This document shows positions 25,709 through 40,268 of a stretch of DNA of 64,000 bases, piece after piece. The stretch is from Ramazzottius varieornatus. Lineage: Eukaryota; Animalia; Tardigrada. The stretch is taken from assembly GCA_001949185.1 (NCBI GenBank), contig BDGG01000005.1:744001-808000 (forward strand), written 5' to 3'. The notes beneath the pieces are model-generated. The model worked only from the letters and a program-made list of their open reading frames with translations, made no database searches and had not been told where the DNA came from. The position numbers and the translations under genes are program-made. Each line of letters opens with the position of its first letter. The stretch's first letter is position 1.

Positions 25709-28700
25709 ATGGCAAGTGTCGGGCCGTTCCTCAGACGGCGAGCAAGATGGGCCAAGTATCTTCTGTTTATCCCCGCGCTGTACCTGTGCTTCATCCTCCT
25801 GATGAACAAGTCAGAGATGGGAAGTGCCAGTTTGAACGATGTGAGGAAGTCCGACGAGGGAATGGTCGTCATTGAGGGAGAGGGCAATGGCGTACCTTAT
25901 GTGCCGGATACGAAAGGCAAGCCCAGGAAGAAGTATGTCATGGATGAAGTCATCAAAGACAAGGAAGTCCTTCCGCCACCGGTAAGAAGAATTTAAAAAA
26001 TATTTCGGAGCTCGGCTAAGAAGCTCAAAAGTATCGTTTCCTAAGTGGCGCACGCTTCTAGCTAGCAACACTCAAAAAATTGCACCACAATGCCATGGGG
26101 ACAAAGATTAGGTCGAGTTTTCAGTTTGGAACACTCGTCGAAGCGTTTCAGAACGTTTGTAGAATTCTGGAATGTTTTCACAAAATTCGAACTTTTGATG
26201 CCGTCGAATATTTTTGGAATAGTTTCAGAGTTGGAAAATCCGTGGCAAATCGTTTCAACTGATTTCAGAATTTTAGAATGTTATTCAAATAGCGTGGTGA
26301 TTTTTGCAGGTGGTAGGTGGAGACGGGAAAGCGAATCCGAATGGTCCCGGTGAGTTGGGAAAAGCTGTGGATATCAAGAAGGACGAACTCGGGCCGAAAG
26401 AAAAGAAACTGTACGACGATGGCTGGCAGAACAACGCCTTCAATCAGTATGCAAGTGATATGATTTCCATCCATCGCTCGCTGCCGGACGTGCGTGATGA
26501 TCGGTAATTGAGCGAAATCTCCGCTGGCGTCATTTGTAGTCTGAAATGAAAGTTAATTTCCGCTTGGTTGGAGTCATTCGACTGACTTTGTCCCTTTTGT
26601 GGGCTCGCTACAGATGTAAAGTGGAGGAAAAGAGTTACTCAACGGACCTCGGGGATACCAGTGTCATTGTAAGTCACTCCAAGATCAATCTTATTTTGAC
26701 ATCCGACCTAGAAAGAACCCTAAGAAAACAACAGAATTTTTACTTAGTAAAATTGAATTCAAGGTCCCCTTCGGTATCCGAAATAAACGATAATTCCGAA
26801 AAATTATTTTGTAGGTGTGCTTTCATAACGAAGCGTGGAGTGTTCTTCTGCGGACAGTCCATAGTATTCTGGACCGCTCCCCTTCGCACATGCTCAAAGA
26901 GATTGTATTAGTGGATGACGATTCCGATATGGAACATCTGAAGGCTCCGTTGGTAGAGTACATGGCAAAATACCCCAAAGTGAAGATCGTTCGCGCCGGC
27001 AAGCGGGTAAGTTCGAAGTCGACGAACCCTTCTGATAGTCAGTGCGCTGGTTTATTTACCACTTGTTTTTATTTTGAATTGTTTCTGTTCTGTTTAGGTT
27101 GGACTAATTCGAGCACGGCTACTGGGTGCCGAGAAGGCTGAAGGCAAAGTCCTCACTTTCCTCGATTCACATTGTGAATGCGCTGAGGGATGGTTGGAAC
27201 CGCTACTGGATCGTATCGCCAAGAATTGGACCACGGTGGTTTGCCCAGTCATTGACGTGATCGATGACACAACCTTCGAGTACCACTATGGACGAGCGTC
27301 TGGCACGCAGGTATGATGAGCTTCCCATTAAAATTCTCGTGAAGAAATGTACCTTCTTTTCACGAACTTGCATACTGTAGGCCTTACACTCACAATAGGG
27401 TCGAGCTATGCAGGTTTGTGAAACACGTTTTGTTGTTTTCTCTTCACCTGCATACACTTGGGCGTACTTTCGTGATGGATCCAGTGTATGCAAGTTCGTG
27501 AAGTGGGGCCGTTTGCTTGCCGGTATTCTCTTTGTGTTGGGGAATGTCCAACAAACTTGACTATATTGTCTTTCTTTCTCTGTTACGTCAGGTTGGAGGA
27601 TTCGATTGGAACTTGCAGTTTAACTGGTATGAATAATTCAATTTGTGTTGAGTGCTTTACGTGGCTGCTTTGTCCATCCACTAAATGACAATCGATTAAC
27701 TGTCCTTTCTTTCTTGCAGGCATGGAATACCCGATCGGGAGAAGCAGAGAAGGAAGTACGACACCGACCCGGTACAATCTCCGACTATGGCCGGTGGACT
27801 CTTCTCCATCGACCGAAAGTTCTTTCAACGAGTGGGAACTTATGATGATGGATTCGATATTTGGGGCGGGGAAAACTTGGAGTTGAGCTTCAAGGTTAGT
27901 TTGAGTGCACAATCTGGGACATCCGATGCCGTGCGTAATGTATCATAACTGCAGACGTGGATGTGTGGAGGTACTCTGGAAATTATTCCGTGTTCCCACG
28001 TTGGTCATATTTTCCGCAAACGTAGTCCTTACAAATGGAGATCAGGCGTTAACGTACTGAAACGTAACTCGATTCGGCTGGCCGAAGTATGGCTTGGTAT
28101 GTATGATTTTCCACACCGGTAACTTTACTCGTTATGGCAGTCATTATATTTTGCTTAATTTTCTAGATGACTTCAAGAAGTATTACTACCAAAGAATCAA
28201 TAACGACCTCGTAAGTCAGCATCGAGACACTGTGTCGGATTTGGTTAACCTATTGTAATTTTGACAGGGTGACTTCGGAGACATATCCGGTCGCAAGTCT
28301 TTGCGCGAGAACCTCCAATGTCACTCCTTCGAATGGTACCTGAAGAACATCTATCCGGAGCTATTCGTACCGGGCGAAGCAGTAGCGTCCGGAGAGGTAT
28401 GTTATCTAAGCGTTCACTTTGCTTCGCTTTCTAACTTGACAAGTGAGCGTGACTGATTTGCTAACACGAGCTGATGGCAAGGGGTTTTACGGGGAAGCGA
28501 TGCGTGAGTTATGCTTGGCTGGTGTGGTATTCGTTTTACTAACAAAACTAATTGCCCTTTCCTTCCACCTGTATGCTATTATAGGTACGTAATTTGGGCG
28601 ATGGTGGCCGCTACTGTTTGGATAGTGCGGCCAAAAAAGCCGACATGCATAAAGCCATTACCGGTTACGTGTGCCACAATCAGGTAATATCTCTCGTTCT

Positions 28701-29383
28701 TTGTCTTTGTAGATTCGCAATAAGGGTGATGGAAATAAGTTCTGTCTGGATGCAAGTACCGACGATTCCGACTCTTCGAAGTCGGTCATTGCGTATCCAT
28801 GCCACCTTACGGTGCGATACATACGGACACGTTTCTGAACCTTAATCCAAGTACAGTGTTGTAACCAGTGTTTTCTGTCTACAGGGTGGTAATCAATACT
28901 GGAGTCTGTCCAAAGAAGGCGAAATAAGACGAGACGAAGCCTGCATAGATTACAGCGGCAAAGAAAGTACGTTTCATCCTCTAATTAGTTGGGCTTGGTT
29001 CCATCCATCAGTGCTCAGCTGGACAGTCACAGTAAGTCGGTCACCCGTCTCATTTACCGGCGTGACGTCATCGCGGTTCCATGTTTAATGGGTGGCCGAC
29101 TTGCCTTCTCTGGTCATCCACCTGCAGTGACCGTGGTAAAGCACGCCGATGTTTCATCTTATTATAAATTTTAGGTCCGGTGGTTTATCCTTGTCACGGA
29201 CAGAAGGGTAACCAGCTGTGGCACTACAACCACGAGACCGGAAGGTTGTTCCATCCAACCAGCAATAAGTGCATGGAGATGGCCACCGACCACAAAACTA
29301 TCAAAGTGGTGGCCTGCGACGACACGAACGATCGTCAGCACTGGAAGTTCCAGGAATACGATGCCTCGAAAGCGTCGTCGTGA
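25709..29383 (+). CDS. GALNT: Polypeptide N-acetylgalactosaminyltransferase (GALNT/pgant), multi-exon
   Basis: N-terminal TM anchor, [52 protein letters not shown] and a C-terminal ricin lectin ([10 protein letters not shown]). Confidence 0.95.
26007..26130. mobile_element. MITE family A copy (GALNT intron)
   Basis: GGAGCTCGGCTAAGAAGCTC...CCTAAGTGGCGCAC...TGCACCACAA, with a degenerate right arm. Confidence 0.6.
27359..27502. repeat. Intronic inverted repeat (MITE-like)
   Basis: Perfect 17 bp arms TTCACGAACTTGCATAC / GTATGCAAGTTCGTGAA, with a nested TATGCAGG/CCTGCATA pair. Confidence 0.7.
29032..29104. repeat. Intronic inverted repeat, GTCGGTCACC family
   Basis: GTAAGTCGGTCACCCGT / ATGGGTGGCCGACTTGC. 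The terminal motif is shared with 54914-55136. Confidence 0.55.
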
Positions 29384-30015
29384 GAGTAGCAGCCTTGACT
29401 CCTCGTTGTTGTTGGTCCCCAGCGACCTTGTTGATGATTGGTGATAGCGATGGCTCGTGTTGGTCCCTCAAGCAACATTCCCTCTGTGCCTTTCAAGTGC
29501 CCCCCAAACCGGTTGGCCAATGACTTACATAAAAGAACGACGCTCTTGTCATGTTTCACTGTATGCAAATTGGTCGGCGAAAAGTTTTCTCTCAGCCTTT
29601 CCTACTGTCACAATGCGAAATCGTTTTTCCTCCTTGTTGATAATTTGAATTTTTTATTATGGTTGAAGCCGTATTGCGCGGCTTTTCTTCTGTGAATGTT
29701 GTCAGACAGCAGTAACTGCAACTGTGATAACTTCTTCTAACGTTTTCCACAGTTACAAGAATATTAATCATAATATTCTACCTTTCGGTATCGTCTCAAC
29801 TAACAAAAATAACCAATTTTGGCAAGGAAGTACTTCGAAATAAAATAATTTTCACCCCCACTTTTCCGTGGAGAACCGCAGAAAAGTTTCACTCGAAAAG
29901 AGATTGACATTGAAAGCTCTGGTAAATCAACTGGGCTTGGTCGTGTTTGAAAAGAGCCAGCTCCACTCATCACAGCACGTCTTGGAAGAAGGTGCAAAGG
30001 AATTGTGTTGGACCT

Positions 30016-33000
30016 TCATTCAGGAGCTTCTTGACCTTCCTGTTCTCCTTCAGGTAGATTTTCGGGTGGAGCTGTTGTCTTTATTTTGGCCTTCTTCGTG
30101 CTTTTGGCTTTGTCTTCCCTGTAGTTTTTCCATGTCCATTTCTGTTCTTCCTTGTTCGCGTCGCATGGAGCTAGCTTGATGGTCATCTTACTGTGGTTGC
30201 TCTCCATGCAGAGGTCCGCTGTGGGGTTCGTAAAGAGCCCGGTTTTCCTGTCGTGGATCCATTCTTGGTTGCCTTTCTGCAAACAACAACCCAACATGTC
30301 GTATCTCTAGGCTTCTGATACTTTGAAAGTACTGAGTAGTTTGGCTGTTAGTTCTTACAGCTCCATGACAAGGAACAAGAATCAGCCGAGAAGTCTCAGA
30401 ACTCGCCCAGGCATTGTCGACGCAATAATCGTCACGCCGTATTTCGCTTTCGTTCGAGTAACTCCAGTACTGGTTTCCTCCCTATACAGAATAGTGTTAG
30501 GCTATAATTAGCGCAAAACAACACCGTCGAAGTATGAGAAAAGGATCGAACGCACCAGGTTGTGACAAGGATAAATACCTGTGAATTAATAGAGCGTCAA
30601 GTTAAACAGCCAAGGAGAAGAATGATGCAAGATGCCAGTTTGTTACTACTCACTGACAGTCTTATTGACCGAATCAGGATCACCATCCATACAGTAGGCG
30701 CCAGCTAAAGCGGCATTCCTGACCTGTAGCAAAGGGAACATCAAACAATTTACACTGACAAAGGAGGAACTTGGGAACCAGAAGGGTACTTGGAAGTTTT
30801 TCAAAGTCTGCAGACTGGGCCGATAGGAATATTTACCTCGCCGTACGCTTTGGCTTGATCGGGGATAAAGAGTTCCGGGTACACATTGTCGATGTACCAT
30901 TGGAAGGACTTGCAGCCTAGCCTCTTCCGTAACGCAACACGCTCGGAAATATCTCCGAAGTCTCCGAGTTCGTTGTTGATACGGTCGTAGTAGTTCTGCT
31001 TCAAGTCGTCCATCCACACTTCAGCTAGCCGAACAAGGTTCTTCTTCAGCACGTCTTGCCCGGTTCGCCACTTATACGGTGACTTATCGCGGAAAATATG
31101 ACCCACTCGGGAGCAGGGTATCATCTCTAACGTCCCACCACACATCCACGTCTAGAAATGAAACATTCTGAACCATTTCGAAACACGAGATATCGCTCAG
31201 AAAATCTCTGGTCCGCTTTCAACCTGAAAGAAAAAAATTTTTGTTACCTTGAAGCTGATTTCCAGGTTTTCGCCGCCCTGCAAAATATTCAAACCAAATC
31301 TATAAACGGGAATCATGCATCAGAACACAATTATGGGTCATAGACGGGAAAGCGTACTGTACCCAGATATCGAAGTCGGGATCGTAAGTGCCAAGTTTCT
31401 CAAAGTACGCTTTATCAATAGCAAAGAGTCCGCCAGCCATTGTGGGACTTCGTACTGGGGAACTCTTGTTTTTCCGCTTCTTGGCATCCCGATCTGGAAT
31501 CATATGCCAGTTGAACTGCAATCCCCAGTCAAATCCACCGACCTGAAAAAGAAAACCATTATTATCTCCATCCACAGTTTTTACCGCGAGAAAAACGTGG
31601 TTGACAGACGCGTTGGAATTTGGGCTACTCAGTTCGCTCACCTGGCTTCCGGCATCAGGATCGTTCTTGTACATCAACGTCTTGTCGGATATGATATCGA
31701 TGACTGGCCACACTACGTTCGTCTTATCCCGCGCGATGCGGTCCAGCAAAGGCTCCAGCCAGCCCTTGGTCGCTTCGATATGCGAATCTACAGTAGAGAC
31801 AACGTCATTGATTAACTTCCGGCTGGTGATCGACAGCTGACCCATAAGAGCGATAAGCTGCACTGCTCACCTAGAAAAGTGAGGACTTGTCCTGTGGCTT
31901 GTTCATACCCGAGCAGACGCGCCTTGATTAGCCCTACTCTCAAAGGGGAGCGCACTATCTTGACTTTTGGGTACTTGGCAAAGTAATCGTCGAGTTGGTC
32001 CTTCAGAAACTCGTGCTCACTGGCATCATCCACTAATATTACTTCCTTGAGCAAATGAGCGGGACTTCTGTTCAGGACGCTGTGCACACTCCGCAGTAAC
32101 GTGCTCCAGGCTTCCTATTGCACACAGCTCTAGTTAGAACTGATTGAAACTTACTAGATCCACGAGAGGAAGCTTTATCACGTCATCAATCCCACTTCGC
32201 CACGCGCAACACGAATGAGTCGCGCACCCTGGAGGCTTAACAGTCCCACCTACGCGCCAGATTACCGTCGCATCTGGAGGGGGGAATATTCTTACATTGT
32301 GGAAACAGATGATGACGCTACAGTCAGGAAGATCCTTCCTATAGCTCCGAGCTGCTTCAAGGCACCTACAACCAAGATCACAAGTCATCACTCTGACTGC
32401 GCATGTTGATCAAGGAAGATGATACTGGTGGGCGTGGCAGATTCTGCGCTTACGCTTTTGGTCGCATATCCGTCAAGGAACGATGCACGGAAATCATATC
32501 TGCAGCAGATAGGCTTTTCTTATTATTCTATGCTAATTTGACTTCCGTATTATTGTAGGCTTGATTCTAGTTTAAAATGGTCTGGCTTATGCCGTATTTA
32601 CCCACGTACCACTTGCATACTGATTAAACGAGTTCTTTTCAAAGCCCTTGTCGTAAGCCTCCTGCTCCGCCGGTCCCAGCTTTTCACGGTCAATCTTCAC
32701 CGGCTCCCCCATCTCCCCCGGTCCCTCATGTTTGGTCTCCTGTATGTTGTCCACATCGACATGAACAGGTGCTAATATCACATTCTTGTCTTCGGACTTT
32801 CTGTCCTTTGCCCCTTTTCGATCACGAAGACTGGGTGGAGCAGCCTGAGCCTGCGACTCCTGTACTTCTTGCTTTTCCTGCGCTCTGTGGGGTTCTTCAT
32901 AGTCCGCTGATGATGGCTGTTTCCCGGATATCCTCGAGAGAACTGCGTATAGACATATAAAAACAAAGAATGAAAGCACGGCGTACTTGACCAGATAAGG

Positions 33001-33069
33001 CGCTCTGATACGCATCAGTCTGTATTGACGGACTGTATTCCGCAAAAACACCGCCGCACTTGTAGCCAT
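30016..33069 (-). CDS. GALNT: Second polypeptide N-acetylgalactosaminyltransferase (convergent paralog)
   Basis: TM anchor, GPGEMG, CFHN|[28 protein letters not shown] and a ricin domain (GNQEW, CMES, EQKW). Confidence 0.95.
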
Positions 33070-34826
33070 AGCAATGATGGTTCTTCGCGTTCAAAATCGA
33101 GGCTAGCAGCAGCTAAGAAAACATTCCAGGACCAGCTGGAACCTTCTCCGAGATCGCAACAGACTTCATTTCCGGCGGATTAAAACAACACAAAATTAAA
33201 AATAAATCTCAGCAAAACCTCCATTACTGTATTCGGCGCGCGACTCAGAAAACGAATCTCGATGGCGAGTACTCCATTGAGATCAACCCGAGAGGGGGCA
33301 ATAAGTTTATCGGGAGTCTTCCTTATCCACTTGACTCGCCTATACGAGAGGGCCGACAACAGCTCACAAGTGGCCTTTGCAGGAACCTAATCAAAAATCA
33401 CAAAGGCGTGCTGGAGATTAGGGATTACGGCTAGTTTGCTCAAGGATTCACCGGGATGTTGGGGTGATGTACAGGCAGTGTTGATAATCATCGTACTTGT
33501 CCAGATGATTACGTTATACGCTGCTGGATGATTACGCCGATAGAGCCAGCGCAACAGATAGTACTGATAAGGCCACGATAGTCCGCTGGCGACGTCGACG
33601 AACCTCATGCATGCAAACACTAGGCTTTGAACTTAACCAAAGAAAAAATTCGGAAAAAAACTATCGGTAGTTGTGATAACGTCGAGGAATTATGTCAGCA
33701 TGGCGCAAATGCCACTGTCGACGTCGGCGAGGTCGCTTGTTTTGACGAGCGGCAACGTTGACGCTCGACATCGACACTAGCTGCACATTGCCGAAAGCGT
33801 AAAGATGTGCTATTCAAAGACTCGTACGCTCAAAACCAGTTTCTTGCTAAGTGCCGAATACAAAGCAACTCAAGCGGAAGATACGAACAAGGCTTGAGCC
33901 CTTTCAGCGGATGAAACTGCTCGATACGGGATAGTGGCGCCACCGCCGTACAGTATACTGATTTAGCGCTTGGTCAGCTTCTGATGGATCAGGGGGTTGA
34001 ATCAACTTAGCCGGAAATGGCCAGCATATTAATGCTGTTGTCAGTGGATCAAATGACCATCCCGCACTCAATTCAGAGACAAACACGATCCACCACAGAA
34101 GCAATATTCAATATCAGTTTAACCTAACCTTCTGCTTTATGAGCTTCAAATCAAGTTGTTTGGGTTTCGGCAATCTTTCAGTGCAAATATTATGTGCTCA
34201 GAGACCGCACAACTTCGATTGCCGACACCAATCAAAGTTCCATTAAAAATTTCCGTCTTGTGAGGAAACTGTTCAAGAAGTTCCCCCCAATGAGCCTTCA
34301 AAAGATGCAGTCAAAAGCTAAAATCAACCAGAAAGTGGCGGAAATCTAGTGACTCGACTAGAAGAAAACCATACTTTACTTCTTCATCCACAAGGACATG
34401 TGTCTTCAACAAAGTCTCACCAGGCTTTGATAATTATTCTCTTCGTCCAGAACTGAAGTTACGTATCTAATAGTACCCCTTTATTACTCACCAATGTCGA
34501 ATCACAACAAGGTAAACATAACGGAGTAGTCAGGTCAAACTTTTTCCTTCCACTCATCCCAATCTTCCGGTTTCAACTTGGTTTGATAGATGAAGACCTA
34601 GATTTGTACACCACTTCAAAATCAAAAACTTCGGCTGAGAGAAAGGCAGAAAGTTCGACCTGACAACTCCGCTGTTTACCTCGTACCTGAAGTAAGCCTC
34701 CTCGTGGCTGAATACTGCATATAAGCATCAAGCTATAACTTGAAACAAAAGTAAAAAATATAAAAATTGAAACTCGAAGCATGGTGGACCGGGTTGTGCA
34801 TTCACGTCCTCAACAAAGAAACTTCC

Positions 34827-37421
34827 TCACGATGATCTCCCTTGAAGGTCCTCGTTTCTTGCGCATTCCTGACAAACAAACATCCAGGATTATTGATCAC
34901 TTGTTCTTCACGCATAGGACAGATTGCCAAGCTGTTCCTACCTGCTGAAACTCCTTCACCAGCTTGTGATAAGTCCGTTCTTTTTCCAGAAGTTCGACGT
35001 AGCTATCATTCAGATGGTCCCGTCTCAGCTTTTCGCTGGAGCGCTTCTTCTCGGCTCTGGCCACAGTTTGCTTTAAACTTTCGAGGACCATATCAAGTTG
35101 CCGCAAGAACTGCTCTTTCGCCGAATCCGACTGCATTGCTCTGCGAAAGGAAACCGTATGTCATGACGTCGTAACGCTCTGGAAGATTCTGGACATTGAG
35201 TCTTACTTGTCGTAATTGTCGTGTATGGATTCAAGCAGTTGCACTTCCTTCTCGTAACAAGTCTTACTGTCGGTCAAGGTATTGTAAAGAGTATAGAATT
35301 TCTTCGTTTCGCTCAACTTTGCTGCCACTGCAAGCTCACCCAGGTTAGCCAATACGAAAGATCTTTTTCTTTTTTAGTAAAACGGATATGAGAAGTTCCA
35401 AACTTACTTTGGTCGTAGAGTTCCACAAAACGTTTTTGATACTGGGACAACTCAGCCTGTGGTGGAGCGTCATCCAAGCGGCGCTGAATCTGAGCAATCT
35501 CCCGGTTGCGCTGCGCCAGTTTCAACCGGACTTCGTTCAACGCATCCTTTTCCGCTTCCAGGCGGATCTCCAGTTCACCGATCAACTAGAAGAAATAACC
35601 CAGATTTCGCTACAAAACTATGACAGAGGCATCAGCATTGACGACTGCAACTATACTTGTTTGTCTTCGGGTGCTGCGTTTTCCAGTTTGTTTTTCAGCG
35701 CCACACCTTCCGACCGAATTTGCGCAGCTTCCTTCTTGCATTCCGCTTTGAAAGACTGAATGCGGGCTCCAAGTTCCTGCTTTTCCGTCAGGAGCTCAGA
35801 GATAGCTGTTAGATCGTCGTCCTCAGCAAGACCGATAGGAAGCTGTGCGTCTCGAGCATCCAGGGACTCTTTTCTCACCTTGAGATCCCGCTTCTGGTTC
35901 CGTAGTTGCTCCATCCGCACCTCAGATGTGTCTCGATCCCTCAACAGCTGTAAATGCATTAATTCACGCATGTTCTCCAAGAATTTCAACAAAATCATTC
36001 TAGCGAAATTTGTAGGAATATAAAAACTTACGTCGTCTTCTTGAGTTTTGAGCTGAGCGATCTGTCGGATTAACATTTCCACGACGTGCTCGGGTTGAAG
36101 GTCGCTGTGAGGAAGACGTCCTTCCATGTTCGCTTTGCGCTGCTCGTATAAGGCGTCAAATTCGGCAATTTCGGCAGACTGTTGGCTGATCAGGCCGCCC
36201 ACGGTCGAGCCCTTAACTTTACGCGTCTTTTCTTCCAGCTGTTCCATCTCTGTAGCCATAGTCCTTAGCATGTCCTGTGCAATTAAGCGTTCATCGAAAC
36301 GAAACCTCCATACAGTCAAAACTGGGTACATTATCTGAATAAACTTTTCGAATGTTACAGGAAGACATTCCTTACCGCTTCCGGATTCGGCGGCTCTGAC
36401 TTTGGGCTTCTAGAATCCGTTTTTTCGTCACTGGAGTTCCCACCAGGAGAGAAACGCTGCGAAGCGGATGTGTCACCAAATATTCCGAGGGGTAACTGAC
36501 TAGAGACGGAACAAAAACCGTCAAACCGAACAAAAATTGCGATACGAATTATGAATTAAGACTTCGGTGAAGAAGCCACACTCTACTTACTGGCCGTATT
36601 CCAGAAGAGTGTACTTTACACCTGCGTTGTCATCGGGAACAGTAACACCGGCTTTCCGGCGAAACTTGCGTTTAGGAGCGTAAACCGTGTTCAAGCGTTG
36701 TATGCCTTGCTCCGTATTTTCCAAGACTTCTTTGGCTTGCACATCTTCCGGTAAGGAATGCTCATTCTCGAACTTCTGTATCGTGAAAGCGCGGTTCACG
36801 TCGCCGGTTTCTTCTCTAGCTTCGATGCTTTTCTTTACAAGCCACTGAACGACCGGGAATATGTGGATAAAGTCCAAGCCCTGAATTTGATGGGGATCCA
36901 GACGGTAGGGGCAGTGCATCTCTGGCAAAACTCTCACGATCTTCTCCGTTAACGCGCTATAAGAGTTACACATATCGATGAGCAAGAATCATTCTGCAAA
37001 AGGACGCGCTTTTCAACCTTACATTTTCTGTCCGATGGTCAGCGACTCTTGGAACATCAGATCGACGTCTACATCGAAGTTGCATGTTTCCAGACACCAC
37101 ACCATCCCCCCAACGATCTAAAAAGTATGAATATCTGCACTAAGTGTACCCAGGCGCAACGATGCATACGCATAGATAAGTATGATGCAAACTTTGTCAA
37201 AGGGATGAAGTCCTTTGATGCGCGCTCGAAAGTAGCCAGCGGCAACGAGAAGCTCCACGGTGTCCTGCAGCTTCACCAGCTGTTCTTCATCCTCGCGGAT
37301 CTCAAACTACAATGTCGCTGGAATGGGTCACTCGCAAAGTAGTAATTCAGTAAAGCTGACCGTACAAAAAGAGACGGAAGTCTCGAGATGAGCATTGAGG
37401 AGTTACGCTTACCTGGTCCAT
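34827..37421 (-). CDS. CCDC93: Coiled-coil domain-containing protein 93 (CCC/Commander complex)
   Basis: [63 protein letters not shown] and [13 protein letters not shown]. The start codon is tentative. Confidence 0.92.
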
Positions 37422-39692
37422 CTTGTCGTCGCCGCCAAAGCCAAACTTGGCTTTGTCGCCGCTGATGCCGTTCGGTACAAAGCCAAGGCGAACCTACATC
37501 CGGATATCCGTCACCGTAGGCAGCACGCTGTGAATCGACAAGCGACGAGAACAAGGATCGAGCAGAAGAATTCGGTATCGCGAACGAATATTTCGATGGA
37601 AGCGATTCAATTGCAATTTGCAAGTGAAAAAACTTCTGTCAAAGCTTCTGTGATCTGACTCTTCTCTTCCAAAGTTCCAGTAGAAAATTTAAAACACCAA
37701 CAAGAGACATCAAGGTAATTGCGAAAACCGGTTGACGGTCAGATCCATTTTCGCAATGTTTTTCGTACGCAAAATATGCATCATCATTGTTGTCCACCGC
37801 CGCTTTTCGGTTTTCCTTGTTTGCTTCTGTTCAGTACGAGTACGTATAGTTGTATGGATGTCCTGCGAGAGTGGTTTGTATCGGCATTCCAAGTTTCGTC
37901 CATGTCGATATGTTTCTGTTCCAGACTTCCTGTTTTTGTCAGGCGAACTCGGACCCCGTCCAGTGTCCGCTTGAGCGGCTTTCACAGTTTGTGGATCATC
38001 GCAGGCAGAATGGCCGTGGAACGTTCGGCAAAGTACACCCGCTTTGTGGCCTTATGTGAAGGGATCTCGAAGCTCGGCACCAGCAAGGACAGGAAACGGA
38101 ACCTCCTACACAATTTCGTGGAAGGATGGCGAATGAGCTACCAACAGGCCTATCCCTCGAATCCACAGCCTGCTTCTGAGATGTTCTTCCCGTTCCTGCG
38201 ACTTCTGCTTCCTGAGGCAGACAGAGATCGCCCTGCATACGGGATGAAGGAGACAGTCTTAGCTCGCATGTTCATCCAGGAGTTGAGCCTGGTCAAAGGA
38301 GGGAAAGCTTCGGAGACGTTACTCCACTGGACGAAGAACAAACCACAGGTAATATATCGTCCTCCTTCATTGTAACCCATTTTTTGTTGACGTTCTCCTG
38401 TTGTACAGGGTGCTGATCACCGCGAGGTGGCGGACTTTGCCGGAGTAGCTTATCACGTCCTCCAGGATCGTCTTTCGAAGGACGGCTACGAGACCGGTAT
38501 GTCTATCTATGACATCAACAAGTTCCTGGATGAGCTGGGGGAAGCAAACGGTGTTGGTGGGGAAAACAGGAAAGGTAGGACTAGTCTGTGAGACCGATGT
38601 TTCGGCTGAGCTGCTGGAAAGTGACTTCTGCTTTTTCAGAAAGGACAAATCGGGCGTTTCGTGAAATGCTGCGACAGTTAGAGCGGCTGGAGTGGAAGTG
38701 GCTGATCCGAATTATCCTGAAGGATGCCAGACTGAACATGGGGAAAGAATGCATCTTGACTGTGTGCTATCCGGACGCCGCGGAGCTCTACGATGCCACC
38801 ACCAGCTTATCCGGTGTACTTAATCTCTACTGATTCGAGTCTCTAAATCAACTTGATTTTCTTCTTGAGTCTTATTAGGTGTGCGTGAGGCTAACGGATC
38901 CGAAGGTACGACTGAGCCAGATCGAGGTATCTTTGTTCTCGCCATTCAGGCCAATGTTGGCTGAGGGGTGGAACCCGGCGAAACTAAAAGGTATTCTGAA
39001 GAGCAATGAGCATCTGACCGAGATCACGTATGATGGGGAACGATGCCAGATCCACAAGAGCGGCAACCACTTCAAATACTTCTCACGGAGCAATGTTGAC
39101 AATACCGGGGTGCGATCAGTTTTCTGCCTTCTGTTTCATCGTCCTTCGGTCACTTAGGATGAGATTCGACAGTAGTTAGAGTTTTTTAAAGTTCTTGCAG
39201 AAACTCGGCGGAAGTCCCTCAGAAGGCAGCCTGACAAAACACATTACCCAATGTTTTGCTCCTCCAGCCGACAGCTTCAAGCTTGACGGAGAGATTTGCG
39301 CTTTCGATATCAAGGTAACAAAACTTCCGGTCTACAAGTAAATACGTGAGAAAACCAGTATAGATGAAAGGCTTGTAGAAAAACTTTATTGCCACCAAGA
39401 CCGACAGTTATGCCATCAGATTGCTCACCGGTGAAAATGGCTACCAGATTTGCTTCGTGGCCTTCGACTGTCTCTTCTGCAACGGGAAGGTTAATTCTCG
39501 AAAATATCTGTCCTTCTTTCCACATTAGCTATCGAACTTCACGAAGGCGACAGTTATCTGTTGCAGACAATCACCGGTTATCCCTTCTCAAAACGGCGGT
39601 CTTTCCTGAAGGACCTCTTTCAAGCCAAAGAGGGAAGACTGTACCACGCAACCAGGAAGGAAGTGACCACTCCGTAGGTGACTCGATCCTTC

Positions 39693-39800
39693 TACACGAT
39701 AACGGAGATGCTTGCGTTCCCGTGAGCACGTGGTACTGATTACCATTGATTAGTTATGTATGCAACGTGATCAGGGAACGCACCCATCTTCGTTATTGTA
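39693..39800. mobile_element. TA-flanked MITE-like inverted repeat in a LIG4 intron
   Basis: ATAACGGAGATGCTTGCGTTCCC..TGAGCACGT versus ACGTGATCAGGGAACGCACCCATCTTCGTTAT, with TACA...TGTA ends. Confidence 0.65.
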
Positions 39801-40162
39801 CAGCGAGATGGCGAATAACCGGTCTAAGCGATGCATTTTCAGGGAATGACTGTCATGAATTCGTGAACGAAGCGATTGTTGAGAACGAAGATAGCATTGT
39901 TTTGAAGCAACTATCTTCGATCTACAAGCCAAACGCTCGCACCGCTGGCTGCTGGAAAGTCAAGCCGGAGTACGACGATAGCCTCTCTGACCAGCTGGAC
40001 ATTCTCGTCGTCGGAGGGTACTACGGTACAGGACGACGTACCGGGTTCTCGCACTTCCTCCTCGCAGTTGCCCAGGTCAGCCCAGTATAGTTTTCGGTAA
40101 ACGGCGGTAAATGCTAGTTTTAAAATATAAAGTGGGTCTACAAAATAAGTACGGGTTTGGTT

Positions 40163-40268
40163 GTTCGGCAAACAAATTCTTTCGCAAGTGGCGCACCTTC
40201 ACAGTAAGTATTATTGGCTGAGAACGTGCGAAACTGGAGAAACCGATCTTACTGGGTTTGCTGTCTCA
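40163..40268. mobile_element. MITE family A copy (LIG4 intron)
   Basis: CAAGTGGCGCAC at 40185. The right flank GATCTTACTGGGTTTG is identical to that of the 2.6 kb copy. Confidence 0.65.
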
